Below, in pieces: positions 17,476 to 29,400 of a stretch of DNA of 64,000 bases; position 1 is the first letter of the stretch; the number at the start of each line of letters is the position of its first letter. Both the position numbers and the translations under genes were made by a program. The stretch comes from Candidatus Latescibacterota bacterium (GTDB taxonomy: Bacteria > Latescibacterota > UBA2968 > UBA8231). Below the pieces are notes generated by a model. The model worked only from the letters and a program-made list of their open reading frames with translations, was not told the DNA's origin and did no database searches. Location: NCBI GenBank assembly GCA_965203355.1, contig OZ241889.1, positions 1,568,001 through 1,632,000 on the forward strand, in the 5' to 3' direction.

Positions 17476-20229
17476 TCAGTGCTGTGCGGCGAACAGCTTC
17501 TGCAAGTATGCGCCCGTGTGGGAGCCGGACGCGCTGGCCACTTCCTCGGCGCGACCGCAAGCGGTGATTGCTCCGCCTGCTTCGCCGCCTTCTGGCCCCA
17601 AGTCGATGATCCAGTCGGCGACTGCGATGAATTCGATGTGGTGTTCAACGACCACTACGGTATTGCCTTCGTCAACTAAGCGCTGCAAGAGGGTCAGCAG
17701 CAAGCGCACATCCTCCAAGTGCAGGCCGGCGGTTGGCTCGTCGAGGATGTAGAGCGCGTGGTCTTGGCGCGAGCGCCCTAGTTCAGCGGCCAGCTTGACT
17801 CGCTGGGCCTCGCCGCCGGAAAAACTGGTTGCTGGCTGGCCGAGGTGCAAATACCCCAAGCCCACTTCCGCGAGGGTGTCTAGCCGCTGCGCGACTTGGG
17901 GCACGGCCGCAAAAAGTTCGCGCGCTGCGGCCACGCTCAGGTCCAGTACTTCGGCGATATGGTGCTCGTGGAAGCGCACGTCCAAGACCTCGGCGCGGTA
18001 GCGCCGTCCACTGCAAGCAGGACAGACGATTTCGAGATCGTCAAAAGCACCCCGGCGCGTACTGTGTACACCGCGGCCCTTGCACAAGTCGCAGGCTCCC
18101 TCTGGAGCGTTGAAGCTAAAGTGTCCGGGTCGGTAGCCCCGCAGGCGCGCTTCGGACAGGTCGGCAAACAGGCGGCGAATCGGCGCTAGTAGCCCGGTGT
18201 AGGTCGCCGCGTTCGAGCGCGGACTGCGGCCGATGGGCCGCTGATCAACGGCGACGACGTGCGCTATTTGCTCGATGCCAGTGCAAGAGTCATAGGGCAG
18301 GGGGCGTCCTTGGGCACCGTGTAGTTTGGCCGCTAGGAGCGGATGCAGGGTGTGGCTGACCAGCGAACTTTTGCCCGATCCGGAAACCCCGGTCACGCAG
18401 ATCAGGGTTCCCAACGGCCACTTCACGTCGAGTTGGCGCAAGTTGTGGCCGCAGGCACCGGATAGCACCAACCATCCCTGCGGCTGGCGCGCTCGGGTGC
18501 GCGGCAATTGCAACGCCCCGCGCAGATAGCGTCCGGTCAAGGACTCGGCGGCGGCTACCTCGCTCGGCGTGCCCTCAGCCACGATCTGTCCGCCGCTGGC
18601 TCCCGCGCCCGGCCCCATATCGACCAGCCAGTCGGCCCCGCGCAAGAGCGCCGCGTCGTGTTCTATTAGGAACACGGAGTTCCCAGCGTCGCGCAGTGCC
18701 CTGAGTGCCGCTAGGAGCTGGACGGCGTCGCGGGCGTGCAAACCGGCGCTGGGTTCGTCGAGCACGTAGAGCATCTGCGTGGTGCCCGACGACAGAGCGG
18801 CTCCGAGCCGCAGCCGTTGAAATTCCCCGCTCGACAGGGTGTCGGCGCGGCGGTTCAGTTGCAGGTACTCCAGCCCTAGTGCTTGCAACAGGCTTAGTCT
18901 GCGGCGGATTTGGGCGCGAATGGCCTCGCCAGCGGGTGCTGTGGCTGGGGGAAAATCGAGGTTGTTGAGCCACGCGGTCGCCGCGACAACGGCCCATTCA
19001 CCGACCTTGGCAATGGACGCTCCGCCCAATGCTACCGCGAGGGACTCGGGCCGCAAGCGCGCGCCGCCGCAGCTAAGACACGGCGCGTCGTCGAGGCGTT
19101 CTTCCAGCCAAGCCAATTCCTCGCCTTCGGCTTTGGCACTGACGCGCTTCAGCCAGCGCTCCAGCCCGATGAATCGGCGTCCCTCGCCGTGCCACAGTCG
19201 GGCGGCCGCTTGGTCCGGCCAGTCGCCCAGCGGCTGTTCGAGATCGGCTTGGTGCCGCCGGCAGAAGGCTTGCAGGCGGTCGCGCAAATTGCCGTGCCCA
19301 AAGTCGTGCCATAGGGGGCCTAGTGCTCCTTCGAGCGTGGCCCGTCCACTGGCGAAGACTTGTTCGCTGCTCAAGCCGCTCTGCACCCCGAGGCCCCGGC
19401 ACGCTGGGCAGGCCCCGACTGCGCTGTTAAAGGAAAACAGCGCGGGTTCTAAAGGCGGAAAAGGCGCGCCACAGGCCGAGCACGCCGGCCGTACGGCAAA
19501 AACCACATCGCGTCCGGCGTCCGGGGTAGAAAGCACCACTTGGCCGTCGCCCGCCTCCAAGGCGGCTTGCAGCGACCCTTGCAAGCGGCGCGCAATGCCC
19601 TTTTTGACGATGAGGCGATCGACGACTATGGCGAGGTGTTGGGCATGGGCGAGGTGTTCGGGGGCGACCTCTTCGAGCAGCCGGTCGCGTCCGTCGAGGC
19701 GCACATGGCGGTAGCCGGCGCGGTCAATCGCGGTGAGAACTTGCTGGGGCGTCTCGTCTTGGCGCTGCGGGCGCGGCGCGAGAATCATCAGGCGAGTACC
19801 CGCTGGCAGGCTTGCGGCCGCTTCGTTTGCTTCCTCAAAGCGATGCGTCTGCACCCGTCCGCCGCAGTGGAGACAGCCGGGCTGGCCGATGCGGGCGAAG
19901 AGCAAGCGCAGCAGGTCGTACAAACCGGCCAGGGTCGCCACCGTGGCCCGCGGACTCTGGCGGCAGGTTCCTCCGGCTAGCGCGAGGGCCGGGGCTAGGC
20001 CGTCGATGCGGCGGACCTTGGGGACGCGCAAGGTCCGCCAGTCACCGCCTTGGTCCAATGCCGCGAGAAAACGCCGACGTGCCTCGGCGTAAATCGTGTC
20101 TAAGAGGAGCGAAGTCTTGCCCGACCCGGACGGACCGCTGACCGCCACGAGGGCTTCGTGAGGCAGGTCTAAAGAGACGGCGCGCAGGTTGTGTTCGCAG
20201 GCTTGCCGGACGATTAGAGTCGGCTGCAT
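17476..20229 (-). CDS. uvrA: Excinuclease ABC subunit A-like ATPase (divergent)
   Basis: Two ABC ATPase modules ([18 protein letters not shown]; [13 protein letters not shown]; DEP), CxxC zinc fingers, PIGRSPRSN. Confidence 0.9.
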   Translation of the reverse strand: MQPTLIVRQACEHNLRAVSLDLPHEALVAVSGPSGSGKTSLLLDTIYAEARRRFLAALDQGGDWRTLRVPKVRRIDGLAPALALAGGTCRQSPRATVATLAGLYDLLRLLFARIGQPGCLHCGGRVQTHRFEEANEAAASLPAGTRLMILAPRPQRQDETPQQVLTAIDRAGYRHVRLDGRDRLLEEVAPEHLAHAQHLAIVVDRLIVKKGIARRLQGSLQAALEAGDGQVVLSTPDAGRDVVFAVRPACSACGAPFPPLEPALFSFNSAVGACPACRGLGVQSGLSSEQVFASGRATLEGALGPLWHDFGHGNLRDRLQAFCRRHQADLEQPLGDWPDQAAARLWHGEGRRFIGLERWLKRVSAKAEGEELAWLEERLDDAPCLSCGGARLRPESLAVALGGASIAKVGEWAVVAATAWLNNLDFPPATAPAGEAIRAQIRRRLSLLQALGLEYLQLNRRADTLSSGEFQRLRLGAALSSGTTQMLYVLDEPSAGLHARDAVQLLAALRALRDAGNSVFLIEHDAALLRGADWLVDMGPGAGASGGQIVAEGTPSEVAAAESLTGRYLRGALQLPRTRARQPQGWLVLSGACGHNLRQLDVKWPLGTLICVTGVSGSGKSSLVSHTLHPLLAAKLHGAQGRPLPYDSCTGIEQIAHVVAVDQRPIGRSPRSNAATYTGLLAPIRRLFADLSEARLRGYRPGHFSFNAPEGACDLCKGRGVHSTRRGAFDDLEIVCPACSGRRYRAEVLDVRFHEHHIAEVLDLSVAAARELFAAVPQVAQRLDTLAEVGLGYLHLGQPATSFSGGEAQRVKLAAELGRSRQDHALYILDEPTAGLHLEDVRLLLTLLQRLVDEGNTVVVVEHHIEFIAVADWIIDLGPEGGEAGGAITACGRAEEVASASGSHTGAYLQKLFAAQH

Positions 20230-20324
20230 TGTGCCCGTCTATTCGCGCATTTTAAGCAAAACATAGGTGCATAAAACATAGGGTTTGGGTGTTGCACAAT
20301 CCAAGAAGCAGACCGGCTGGAGCA

Positions 20325-20353
20325 TTGACGCTAAATGGCGCAGCCTGTATATT
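20325..20353 (+). promoter_or_regulatory. Sigma70-type promoter for the tolC-like operon
   Basis: TTGACG-N17-TATATT in an AT-rich divergent intergenic region. Confidence 0.6.
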
Positions 20354-20447
20354 AACTTAACTATTTTTAACAAGTTATAAAAATAATGACCGACCCGCGT
20401 TACCACGGCGAATTCCGCTGCGGCCACCGCTGAGATTTCCCCCCACT

Positions 20448-21812
20448 ATGCAAGTTTACGTCCCCTTATGGCTAGGGGTTTGGGGCCTTGCCATGTGCTT
20501 GCCCGCGCTACCGGCTCGCGCCCAAATGTCCGCCAAGCACTGGACGCTGGCTGAGCTTATCGACCGCGCTTGGGAGCACGATGGCGCCGTTGCGAGCGGC
20601 CGCTGGAAGGTCGAGTCGGCCGCGGCCCGTCGCCGCCAAGCGGCCGCGGCCAAAATTCTTCCTCGCCTCCGCATCGACAGCGAAAGCGGTATCGTCCCAG
20701 ACGCTATGGGCAGCGTGTTCGACCCACCCGCTGATACCACGGGCATCCCATCCTTGGGGCCTTTTGTACGCGCCGAATTGCAATTTGTTCAGCCGCTCTA
20801 TCCCATTAGCCTCGGTCGCCACTTAAACGAGGCGGCCCTCCGCGGGGTTGATGTGGAGCAGTCCGCTGTGGAGCAGACTCGGTTGGACGTGGCCTTTGCC
20901 GTCAAGGAGCTGTACTACGGACTGCTGTTGGCCCAAGACCTGCGCGCCTTGGCGCAGCGCGTAAGCGATGAGTTGGCTAGTCGGGCCGAAGAGTTGGACG
21001 CCGATCCCGCGCTCTCGTCGTCCGACCGCTACAAGCTGCGGCTGGCCCAGCTCGACTTGGCCGTGCAGCAGCGCGAGGTCGGCGATCAATGGGCCTTGGC
21101 GCGGGCGGCGCTGGCTTGGCGCACGGGCTTGCCCCGCGATGCGCCGCTGCTGCTGCGGGCCGAGCGGCTCGCGCCGGTGGCCGCTTTAGTCCCGCCCTTG
21201 GACGAATTGGTCGGACGCGCCCTCGGCCTGCGACCAGAATGGCGAAAGCTGCAAGCGGGCCTCGCCGCCAAACAGGCCCTCGCGCAAGCCGCCCGTGCGG
21301 CGTACCAGCCCCAAGTGTTCATTGGCGGTGGCCTGCGCTATGCCGTAGCGCCTGGACGCACCGACCAGCGGAATCCATTCGTCAAAGATGAATACAACTT
21401 TTTTAACGGCGGCGTCTTCATCGGGGTGCGGCAATCGTTGGAATGGCACTTGTTGGCAGCGGATGTAGATAGGGCCCGCGCTGAGTACCGCGCCCTTGAA
21501 GTGCGCCTAGTCGGTGCGCAGGAAGGGATTCGCTTGGATGTCCACCGCGCCTATTTGGACTATCGCCGCGCCGACCGCGATTTGCAAGACGCGCGTCAGA
21601 GCCGGCAATTGGCCCGGCAGTGGCTGCGGGAAGCCCGCGATGATTTTGAGTTTGACCCGCAGACCATCGGCGATTTGATCGCCGCCTTTGAGGCTTGGGC
21701 CCGCCGCGAACAAGGCTATGGCGAAGCCCTGTACGACTTCAACCTCAGCGTCGCCCGCCTCGAAAAGGCCACGGGCGGCCTTGAACTGATCCGCCGCGAT
21801 GACACTCCTTAG
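20448..21812 (+). CDS. TolC-family outer membrane channel
   Basis: Signal peptide and two OEP-like repeats (QPLY, VKELYYGLL, RPE, DVHRAY, ARLEKATG). Confidence 0.85.
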   Translation: MQVYVPLWLGVWGLAMCLPALPARAQMSAKHWTLAELIDRAWEHDGAVASGRWKVESAAARRRQAAAAKILPRLRIDSESGIVPDAMGSVFDPPADTTGIPSLGPFVRAELQFVQPLYPISLGRHLNEAALRGVDVEQSAVEQTRLDVAFAVKELYYGLLLAQDLRALAQRVSDELASRAEELDADPALSSSDRYKLRLAQLDLAVQQREVGDQWALARAALAWRTGLPRDAPLLLRAERLAPVAALVPPLDELVGRALGLRPEWRKLQAGLAAKQALAQAARAAYQPQVFIGGGLRYAVAPGRTDQRNPFVKDEYNFFNGGVFIGVRQSLEWHLLAADVDRARAEYRALEVRLVGAQEGIRLDVHRAYLDYRRADRDLQDARQSRQLARQWLREARDDFEFDPQTIGDLIAAFEAWARREQGYGEALYDFNLSVARLEKATGGLELIRRDDTP

Positions 21813-23076
21813 CGCGGCGCTGCTGTTGGCTTTGGCCAGCCCGGGCGAGGGCTGGGCCGACGCGGCTTGGGCGACCGAGGCCGTGGCGCGGCTGAACGCG
21901 CTGTTGGAGGCTCCCAACCGCGCGCGCGCCGCCGAGGCCGACCGCTTCGTGAGCGAGCACTTGGCCTTGGCAGAATTCACGGCGGCTACCTTTGGCGGCT
22001 ACCTCGAAAGATCGCTGGACACCTACCAAGAGCTACTAGCCGCTCCGCGCTTTACACACCTCGTCGAGCACTACCGCAACCGGCTAGCTCGGGCCTATCA
22101 GCGCCGCCTAAGCACCGACTTGGCCGCCCAGCTTGCGGCCGCGGACTTGCGCGGCTTGCGCTTGGATAGCCTCGAAGTGAATGGTCGACGGGGCCACGCT
22201 CAGCTTAGCGCGTTATGGGCCACGCGCTCGCTCGGCGTGGAGGCCGACTTGATTATCGCCGACGGAACTTGGAAAATCGCCGCGCTGAAAATCGCCGATC
22301 AGCCGCTCTCCAGCCACTATCGGCGACGCTACCAGTCGCTGACCGATCGCGGGTATTCGCCGGCGGTGCTGGAGGCTCAACTCGCCGACCGCGAGCACGT
22401 GGTCCTCGAGGACTTTGCCGCTACGTGGGATGGAGCGCAGCCCTTGGAGTGGGGGCCGTGGAAGAAAAAGGATCGGCACAAGTCCGTGCTCTACCGCGTA
22501 GAGGGGCGTACGCGGCGCTACATGGCGGCGCGCGATTCGAGCTATTCGGTCATCATGGGGAAATTCATCCGCTGGAATCCGCGCCAGTACCCGATTATGA
22601 CTTGGTGCTGGCGTGCCGCGGTTTTGCCGGAGGGGGGCAACGAGTTTCTCGACGACGCCAACGACAGCGCGGCTGGTTTGTACGTTATATTTTCCAAGAA
22701 TTGGATGGGGGTTCCCAAACAGCTCAAGTACGTGTGGAGTACGAGCTTGCCCGAAGGTACGGTGGGCCGGCGCGACAAGATATTCCGGCCGTGGTTTTTC
22801 GTGGTCGAAAGCGGCGCGACTAATTTGAACAGATGGACCTTTGAGGTCGTGGACTTGGAAAAGCACCATCGGGAAAAGCTCGGCGGCCAGCCAGCTAAGC
22901 GCACCATCGGCTTGGGCCTGCTCACGGACGCCAACTCAACTCGTTCGTACGCGGAGGCGTACTACGCGGATTTGCGCGTGTGGACGCGCGCGGCTTTTGA
23001 CGGCGGGCGCGTTGCCAACTACTGCGGCGGACTGCCCGCTCCCAACGGCGCGTACGCCGAGGAGAATGTACAATGA
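21799..23076 (+). CDS. Secreted fusion: degenerate MlaC-like N-domain plus DUF3047 C-domain
   Basis: The C-half has PIMTWCWR, DSAAGLYVIF, LKYVWS, LLTDANST (DUF3047-like). The N-half ends GTWKIAALKI...YRRRYQSL, like MlaC. Confidence 0.6.
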   Translation: MTLLSAALLLALASPGEGWADAAWATEAVARLNALLEAPNRARAAEADRFVSEHLALAEFTAATFGGYLERSLDTYQELLAAPRFTHLVEHYRNRLARAYQRRLSTDLAAQLAAADLRGLRLDSLEVNGRRGHAQLSALWATRSLGVEADLIIADGTWKIAALKIADQPLSSHYRRRYQSLTDRGYSPAVLEAQLADREHVVLEDFAATWDGAQPLEWGPWKKKDRHKSVLYRVEGRTRRYMAARDSSYSVIMGKFIRWNPRQYPIMTWCWRAAVLPEGGNEFLDDANDSAAGLYVIFSKNWMGVPKQLKYVWSTSLPEGTVGRRDKIFRPWFFVVESGATNLNRWTFEVVDLEKHHREKLGGQPAKRTIGLGLLTDANSTRSYAEAYYADLRVWTRAAFDGGRVANYCGGLPAPNGAYAEENVQ

Positions 23077-23705
23077 AAATGGTATGGTGTGGCGTGTGGG
23101 TCGCCCTCGGCATCACCGCGGTCTGCGCGGTCGGCGCGGATGACGACCCGATTGCCTTCCTCAAAAGCCACGACGCCGAGGTGCAGGCCATCCTCGCCGA
23201 GGCCCCGGCCGACTCGCTGCCTCCGGCCGTGCGGGCAGACCTCAAAAAGCACATCAACGCGGCCTTTGACTTCCGGGAATTGAGCCGCCTCGCCTTGGGC
23301 GATTACTGGCAAGGCCGCTCCCCGGCCGAGCGCGACCACTTTGCCGAGACCTTCGGCAGCATCATCCGCGAGCAGAATTTCGACAGCTTCTCCCGCTATT
23401 ACCGCGAGGGCGAGATCCGCTACGAGTCGGCTGAGGTGCAAGGAGACGCGGCTGTCGTCCAAGCGCTGGCACCCGTGCGGGACGAGGATATAGCGATCGA
23501 GTACAAGCTCCATCGGGTGGAGGGCGTGTGGCGGATATACGACTTGGTCATCGACGGCGTCAGCACGGCCGAGGGCAACCGACGGCGCTATGCCCGCTAC
23601 ATGGAGAAAAATGGCTATGAGCAGCTGATCGTCCAACTCGACAAGCAGTTGGCCCGGCTGCGCGAAACGGTTGTCTCGCCGCCGGGCGATGCCACCCGGG
23701 ATTAG
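23073..23705 (+). CDS. MlaC/Ttg2D/HpnM-family periplasmic lipid-binding protein
   Basis: Motifs FDFRELSRLALGDYW and WRIYDLVIDGVS. Confidence 0.9.
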   Translation: MKMVWCGVWVALGITAVCAVGADDDPIAFLKSHDAEVQAILAEAPADSLPPAVRADLKKHINAAFDFRELSRLALGDYWQGRSPAERDHFAETFGSIIREQNFDSFSRYYREGEIRYESAEVQGDAAVVQALAPVRDEDIAIEYKLHRVEGVWRIYDLVIDGVSTAEGNRRRYARYMEKNGYEQLIVQLDKQLARLRETVVSPPGDATRD

Positions 23706-23714
23706 CCTTCCGCC

Positions 23715-26111
23715 ATGCCCATAAGCCACCAGCGCTTAGTCCGCTACATCTATCACCACTACATCGGCATAATTGCGCTGGCTGCGATACTGTCGGTATT
23801 TGCCGGATTTTTTGCCGCTAAACTGGCCCAAAACATCAAGACCGATTTCGCGGACCTGCTGTCCGACGATTACGTCAGCGTCCGAGAACTCAACCGCATC
23901 AAGGCCCGCATCGGCGGCATTGGCCCGCTGATGGTCGTCATTACCAGCGACGACTTGGACGCGGCCGCCTCCTTCATGCTGGTCTTGGCCGATTCGCTTG
24001 AACGCAGCCCGCTGATCAGTTCGGTCAGCCGCTTCGACAGCAAAAAGGATCTTCTCAAAAAAAACCAACTCCTCTACATGGAATTAGCGGACCTGCAAGC
24101 GATCAATCGCCGTCTCGACGAGCACATAGAGCGGCAAAAGCTCAAGCAGTCGCCGCTCTACTTTGCCTTTGACGACGAGGAGGAGCCGGTACTCGATTTT
24201 TCGGATATCGAGGCCAAGTACCAGCAGGATGGCGCGGCCGCTGTCGTAGAGCAATACCGCCAGTACGTCCTCACGCAAGAGGGCAACGGCTTTATCCTCC
24301 AGCTTTATCCGGCCGGACTGACCACGGATGTCGCCTTTTCGCAGGCTCTCATCGATCATCTCGACCAGACCATTGCCGCCATTGGCCCGGAGCGCTTTCA
24401 TCCCAGCATTGAATGCGTGTACAAGGGCAGTTTTCAAAATAGCGCTAGCCAATTCACGATTATTATACGAGACCTCAAGGCAACGGCCTTGTACAGCATC
24501 GTCGGCGTACTCCTGCTTATCACCCTGTTCTTCCGCCAAGTAATCGGCTCGCTCTTCATCACCTTGCCGCTGCTGATGAGCCTGACTTGGACTTTTGGCG
24601 TCACCTACTTGGCCATTGGCAGCCTCAACATGATCACCGTAGGGCTTTTCGCCATCCTGTTTGGGCTGGGCATCGACTTTGGCATTCACATCTTCGCCCG
24701 CTACCGCGAGGCCCGCCGCCGAGGCATGGACATTGAACAGGCCCTGACCGTTACCGTCCGGCACACGGGCAAGGCGCTGACGACGACGGCGGTCACTACT
24801 TCGATTGCCTTCTATTCGCTGCTGTTGACGGATTTTAAGGGCTTCTCGGAGTTCGGCTTTATCGTCGGCACTGGTATCCTCTTTTCACTGGTGGCCATGG
24901 TCGCGATATGCCCGGCCTTCATCGTCCTCGCCGAGCGTCTGCGCTTGGTCATCCCAATCCGCAAGCGCAGCGTCCTATGGCGCACCGGTCGCTACCCAAA
25001 GCCTTGGGCCACGTTGCTGATCGGCGCGGCCATCACCGGGTACTCGCTGTACCACATCGGCGATTTGGAATTTGAGTACGACTTCAGCAAGCTCAAACCC
25101 GCGCCGCCGCCCAACACCAACAAGGGCAGCCTGCCCCAGAGCCTGAAGGAGGGCCGCTCGCCCGCCATCGTCCTGACCGAAAGCTACGACGAGGCCATGG
25201 AGGTGGTTCGCACGGTTGAGGGCATCAAGGCCGCCCGCGGTGATTCTACCACGGTCCTCAGCGTCAAGAGCGTGTACTCGGCGCTGCCGCAAGACCAAGA
25301 AGCCAAGCTGGTGCTCATCGCCGACATCCGCGCTTTGTTGGATCGGGAAGAGGGCCTGTTCAGCGCGAGCGAGCGGGCTAAGCTGGACTCGCTGCGGCCG
25401 TATCTCGACGTGGAAAAGCTAACGCTCTACGACCTGCCCGCGGACTTGACCAATGCGTTCAAGGACAAGGAGGGCAACATCCTCAACTTCGTGGCGATCA
25501 ATGCCGCGGTCGAGCTCCGGGACGGAAAAGACGCCATTCGCTTTGCCGAAGAAATCAGCCGGATTGAAACGCCGGCGGGCAAGACCTACATATCCTCTAG
25601 CTCGCATATCATTGTCGCCGAGATGCTCAAGGTCATGCTCGCGGACAGCTCCCTCGCCGTGATCCTCACGCTCGCGGTCGTGGCGGTGGTGCTGCTCATC
25701 GACCTGCGGAGTTTCGTCGATACTCTGCTGGTACTCACGCCGCTTTTGAACGCTTTGGTGTGGGTCGTGGGCTTCATGTATGCGTTTGACATCAAGCTAA
25801 ATCTCTACAACATGGTCGCCTTTCCGACGATCATTGGCATGGGCATTGACAACAGCGTCCACATCTTCCACCGCTACCAAGAAGTCGGCCGCGGCTCGCT
25901 GCGCTTGGTGTTGCGCACGACCGGGGTCGCGCTGTTGGCTACGTCGATGACGACGATGGTCGGCTTTTCGGGATTGGTGCCGGCCATTCATCCGGCGCTC
26001 ACGTCGATTGGCGTGCTCTCACTGGTGGGCTTGGGGTCCTGTTTTATCACGTCCGTTACGCTGCTGCCGGCCTTGCTGCAAATCCGCGAGCGGCGCGCTG
26101 AGAAGCTCTAA
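23715..26111 (+). CDS. MMPL/RND-family transporter (HpnN-like)
   Basis: Two repeats of TM bundle plus periplasmic domain, with GLGIDFGIH and GMGIDNSVH. Confidence 0.9.
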   Translation: MPISHQRLVRYIYHHYIGIIALAAILSVFAGFFAAKLAQNIKTDFADLLSDDYVSVRELNRIKARIGGIGPLMVVITSDDLDAAASFMLVLADSLERSPLISSVSRFDSKKDLLKKNQLLYMELADLQAINRRLDEHIERQKLKQSPLYFAFDDEEEPVLDFSDIEAKYQQDGAAAVVEQYRQYVLTQEGNGFILQLYPAGLTTDVAFSQALIDHLDQTIAAIGPERFHPSIECVYKGSFQNSASQFTIIIRDLKATALYSIVGVLLLITLFFRQVIGSLFITLPLLMSLTWTFGVTYLAIGSLNMITVGLFAILFGLGIDFGIHIFARYREARRRGMDIEQALTVTVRHTGKALTTTAVTTSIAFYSLLLTDFKGFSEFGFIVGTGILFSLVAMVAICPAFIVLAERLRLVIPIRKRSVLWRTGRYPKPWATLLIGAAITGYSLYHIGDLEFEYDFSKLKPAPPPNTNKGSLPQSLKEGRSPAIVLTESYDEAMEVVRTVEGIKAARGDSTTVLSVKSVYSALPQDQEAKLVLIADIRALLDREEGLFSASERAKLDSLRPYLDVEKLTLYDLPADLTNAFKDKEGNILNFVAINAAVELRDGKDAIRFAEEISRIETPAGKTYISSSSHIIVAEMLKVMLADSSLAVILTLAVVAVVLLIDLRSFVDTLLVLTPLLNALVWVVGFMYAFDIKLNLYNMVAFPTIIGMGIDNSVHIFHRYQEVGRGSLRLVLRTTGVALLATSMTTMVGFSGLVPAIHPALTSIGVLSLVGLGSCFITSVTLLPALLQIRERRAEKL

Positions 26112-26297
26112 CTTTGGCAGCCATGCGCGTCGGCATGTAGGGGCGGGAACTTCGGCGATTTGTTCCGCCTTGATTAGCACTTTGGCGACTCGACGGATCC
26201 TGCTGGAAATTGCGCGTAGACTCCCCGAAATTCGCCCCGGCGATCTTTTCTCGATGGGGGTTTTAGCTATATTGAAATGGAGATTTAGGCAAAAAAA

Positions 26298-26373
26298 TGG
26301 AGCGAGAGACGGGACTCGAACCCGCGACAACCACGTTGGCAACGTGGAGCTCTACCAACTGAGCTACTCTCGC
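26298..26373 (-). tRNA. tRNA-Gly(GCC)
   Basis: Reverse complement GCGAGAGTAGCTCAGTTGGTAGAGCTCCACGTTGCCAACGTGGTTGTCGCGGGTTCGAGTCCCGTCTCTCGCTCCA folds as a cloverleaf; anticodon GCC, encoded CCA. Confidence 0.97.
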
Positions 26374-26420
26374 TCGAAAATTGTGCGAAATAAATCGCTA
26401 TGAAAGGAAAAAATATAACT

Positions 26421-29400
26421 ATGTCCCGAATAAGCGTCAAGGTGCGCCAAGCTCTGTTACCGCTCGTCGCAGCGCTCTTGGGAGCGGCCTGTGAACAGGG
26501 GCCGCCGGCTTGGCCGCCCAAGGCGCGCTGGCACAACAATCAGGGCGTGGTCTACATGGATCAACACAACTACACGCGCGGTCGCGAGGAATTTGCCCGC
26601 GCCCTCGGCTTGGCCCCGGACTACGCGAGTGCGCGGGCCAATCTCGGCATTGCCTACTATGCGCTCGGCAAGTACGACAGCGCGGCCACGGCCTTGCAAA
26701 CCGCCCTCGCCCTTGATCCCCAGCTCCTCCACGCCAATTACGCGTTGGGCTTGATCTACAATGCTCAAGGCCGGGACCACGACAAGGCGCTCGCGGCCCT
26801 GCAAAAGGTCGCGGCTGCCGACCGCGACGACCCCCACGTGCGCTACTACATGGGGCAGATGCGGGCCAAGCTAAACGAGAGCGCGGCCGCCATCGCCGAT
26901 TTCAAGGAGGCCATCCGCCTCGATCCTTACAACGTGTCGGCGTACTATGGGCTGGCCAATCTCTACCGGCGGCTCGGGCGCGAGGAGGAATGGAAAAGCA
27001 CCTTGGAGCAGTTCAACCAGCTTAGCCAAGCGGGGCACCAAGGCGTTTCTTCGTCCTATCAGGGGCAGGGAAAATACGCCGAGGCCGTGGCCGACGCCGG
27101 GGGCGGCGATCCGAGTCAGGACGATGTGGCCGGGCCTTTTGCCTTTGCCGCGACTGGCTCGGCGACTGGCCCGGTGCGCTTTGCCGCTTTGGGCGACTTT
27201 GACGCGGATGGCCAGCCGGATGTCTTGGCCGGCGGCGCGGGCTTGCACCTGTACGCCGGTGGCACCGCGAAAATGCTTACGGCTCCGACGCTTCCCAACG
27301 ACTTTGGGGCGACTGGCGCGATCGCTGGCGATCTCGACAACGATGGGGCCGCCGACTTGCTCTTCAGCGGCGCGGGCGGAACCTTGCTCTATCGAGCGGC
27401 TCATGGCGGATGGAACGGCGGATATCTGCCCGCGGCTTCGACCAGCGTCGCGTTGGGCGATGCCGACCACGATGGCGACTTGGACCTGCTCTTATTGGGG
27501 CCAAGTGTCTCGCTGCTGGTCAACGACGGGGAGGCCCGCTTTGCCGCCACGGGCCAACCCACCGGTTCGGTCGCGGCGGCCCGCGCTGCATTCTCCGATC
27601 TCGACAACGACCGGGACGTGGATGTGGTGCTCCTTTCGGCCGAGGGCCTGCAAGTGCAAACCAACAATCGCGATGGCACGTTCTCGGAAATCGCTGACGC
27701 CTTGGGTTTGGGTGCCGTGCAAGGCGCGGGCTTGGCCGTTGAGGACTTCAACCAAGACGGCTATATGGACTTGGCTATCGCCGCTAGCGGGGCCGTGGAA
27801 ACGCATCTGAACCAAGCCGGTCGCACCTTCGTTCAGGCCGCGGCGGCCGCGGCCGGTGGGAAGGCACTGCTTCCCGCGGATTTCGACAACGACGGCGACC
27901 TCGACCTGCTCGCCGTCGGAGAGGAGCGGCTGCAACCGCTCGCGTACAGCGGTGGTCAATTCCAGCCGCAATCCCCGCTCGACGAGCCGGGTGGGGCGGT
28001 GCTCGTGGCGGATTTCAACGGCGATGGCCGCGTGGACATTTGGGCGGGTGGCCGGGTGCTGCACAACCAAAGCGAGGGCGGGCACTGGATCGAAATCGCC
28101 GCCCAAGGACTCAACAGCAACCGCGACGGCGTTGGGGCCAAGGTGGAGGTAAAAACCACCCACCGCCTCCAGAAGCGCGAGATTCGCAGCGAGGGATACG
28201 CGGGCGTCCTCCACTTCGGCTTAGCGCAGAGCGATTCGGTCGAATTCATCCGCATCCTCTGGCCCGGCGGCGTGCGCCAGACCGAGTTGGCGACTGGAGC
28301 CGGACAGCGGCTGGAGTTGACCGAACTCGACCGCAAGGGCACCTCGTGCCCCATTCTCTACGCCTGGGATGGCACGCGCTATCGCTTTGTCACCGACATT
28401 CTCGGGGGAGCCATTATTGGCTATTTAACTGCCCCGGGCCAGTACTACCAGCCCGACACCGACGAGTACGTCCGCTTGGGGCCGCTGGCTCCCAAAGACG
28501 GCCACTATGTCTTGCAACTGGCCAACCAGCTCGAGGAAATCATTTACGTCGATGCCCTTGAACTCATCGCCGTCGATCATCCGCCCGAGGTCGATGTGTA
28601 TCCCAACGAGCGCTTGCTTTCCCAGCCTCCGTACCCGGAGTTCAAACTCTATCCTCTACGCAATCTGCGTCCGCCCGTGGCGGCCAAAGATCACCGGGGG
28701 CTGGACGTGTTGGCTGCGCTGCAAGAGATCGACGACGAGTGGTACGATGGGTTTGGCCGACTCGACATACACGGCTATGCCGAAGACTATGCGCTAGAGC
28801 TGAACTTGGGCGATTTGTCCGAGTTCGCCCATCCGGTCTTGCTCGGTTATGGGTGGGTTGATTACGCGCATTCGACCTCCAATTGGAGCGCGGCCCAGCG
28901 CGGCTTGTCGCTGTATCCGCCGCGTCTGTCTGTAGCCGATGGCGAGGGGGGATGGGTCGAAGTCAGCGCGGATATGGGATGCCCGGCGGGCCTGCCCAAG
29001 CACGCGCTCTTCGACTTGGCCGGTCTGTTCCCGTCCGACGACTACCGGCTGCGGATCGAGACCAACACCGCGCTCTACTGGGATCAATTGCTGGTGGGCG
29101 ATGCGGCGGACGTTCCCCTTACAGTCCATCGCCGGCAACCGGCGCGGAGCGACCTCCACTGGCGCGGCTACCCAGCGCATACGTCCGTCAAGGGTACCTT
29201 TGCCTTTCGCTACCACTACGATCAATTGGCGTTAGAAGCACCTTGGGGTGCCCACGCTGGGGCTTTCACCCGCTTCGGTCCGGTGGAGGCGTTGGTCGCA
29301 GACATTGACGACCGCTTTGTCATCATGTTCCACGGCGATGAGTTGACCGTTGAGTTTGCCACCTTGCCGCCGCCGGCGGCCGGTCTGGTGCGCTCGTTTC

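Noticed and set aside
26112-26297. Island integrated at tRNA-Gly
   Set aside because: I found no second copy of the tRNA 3' end and no integrase in the window.
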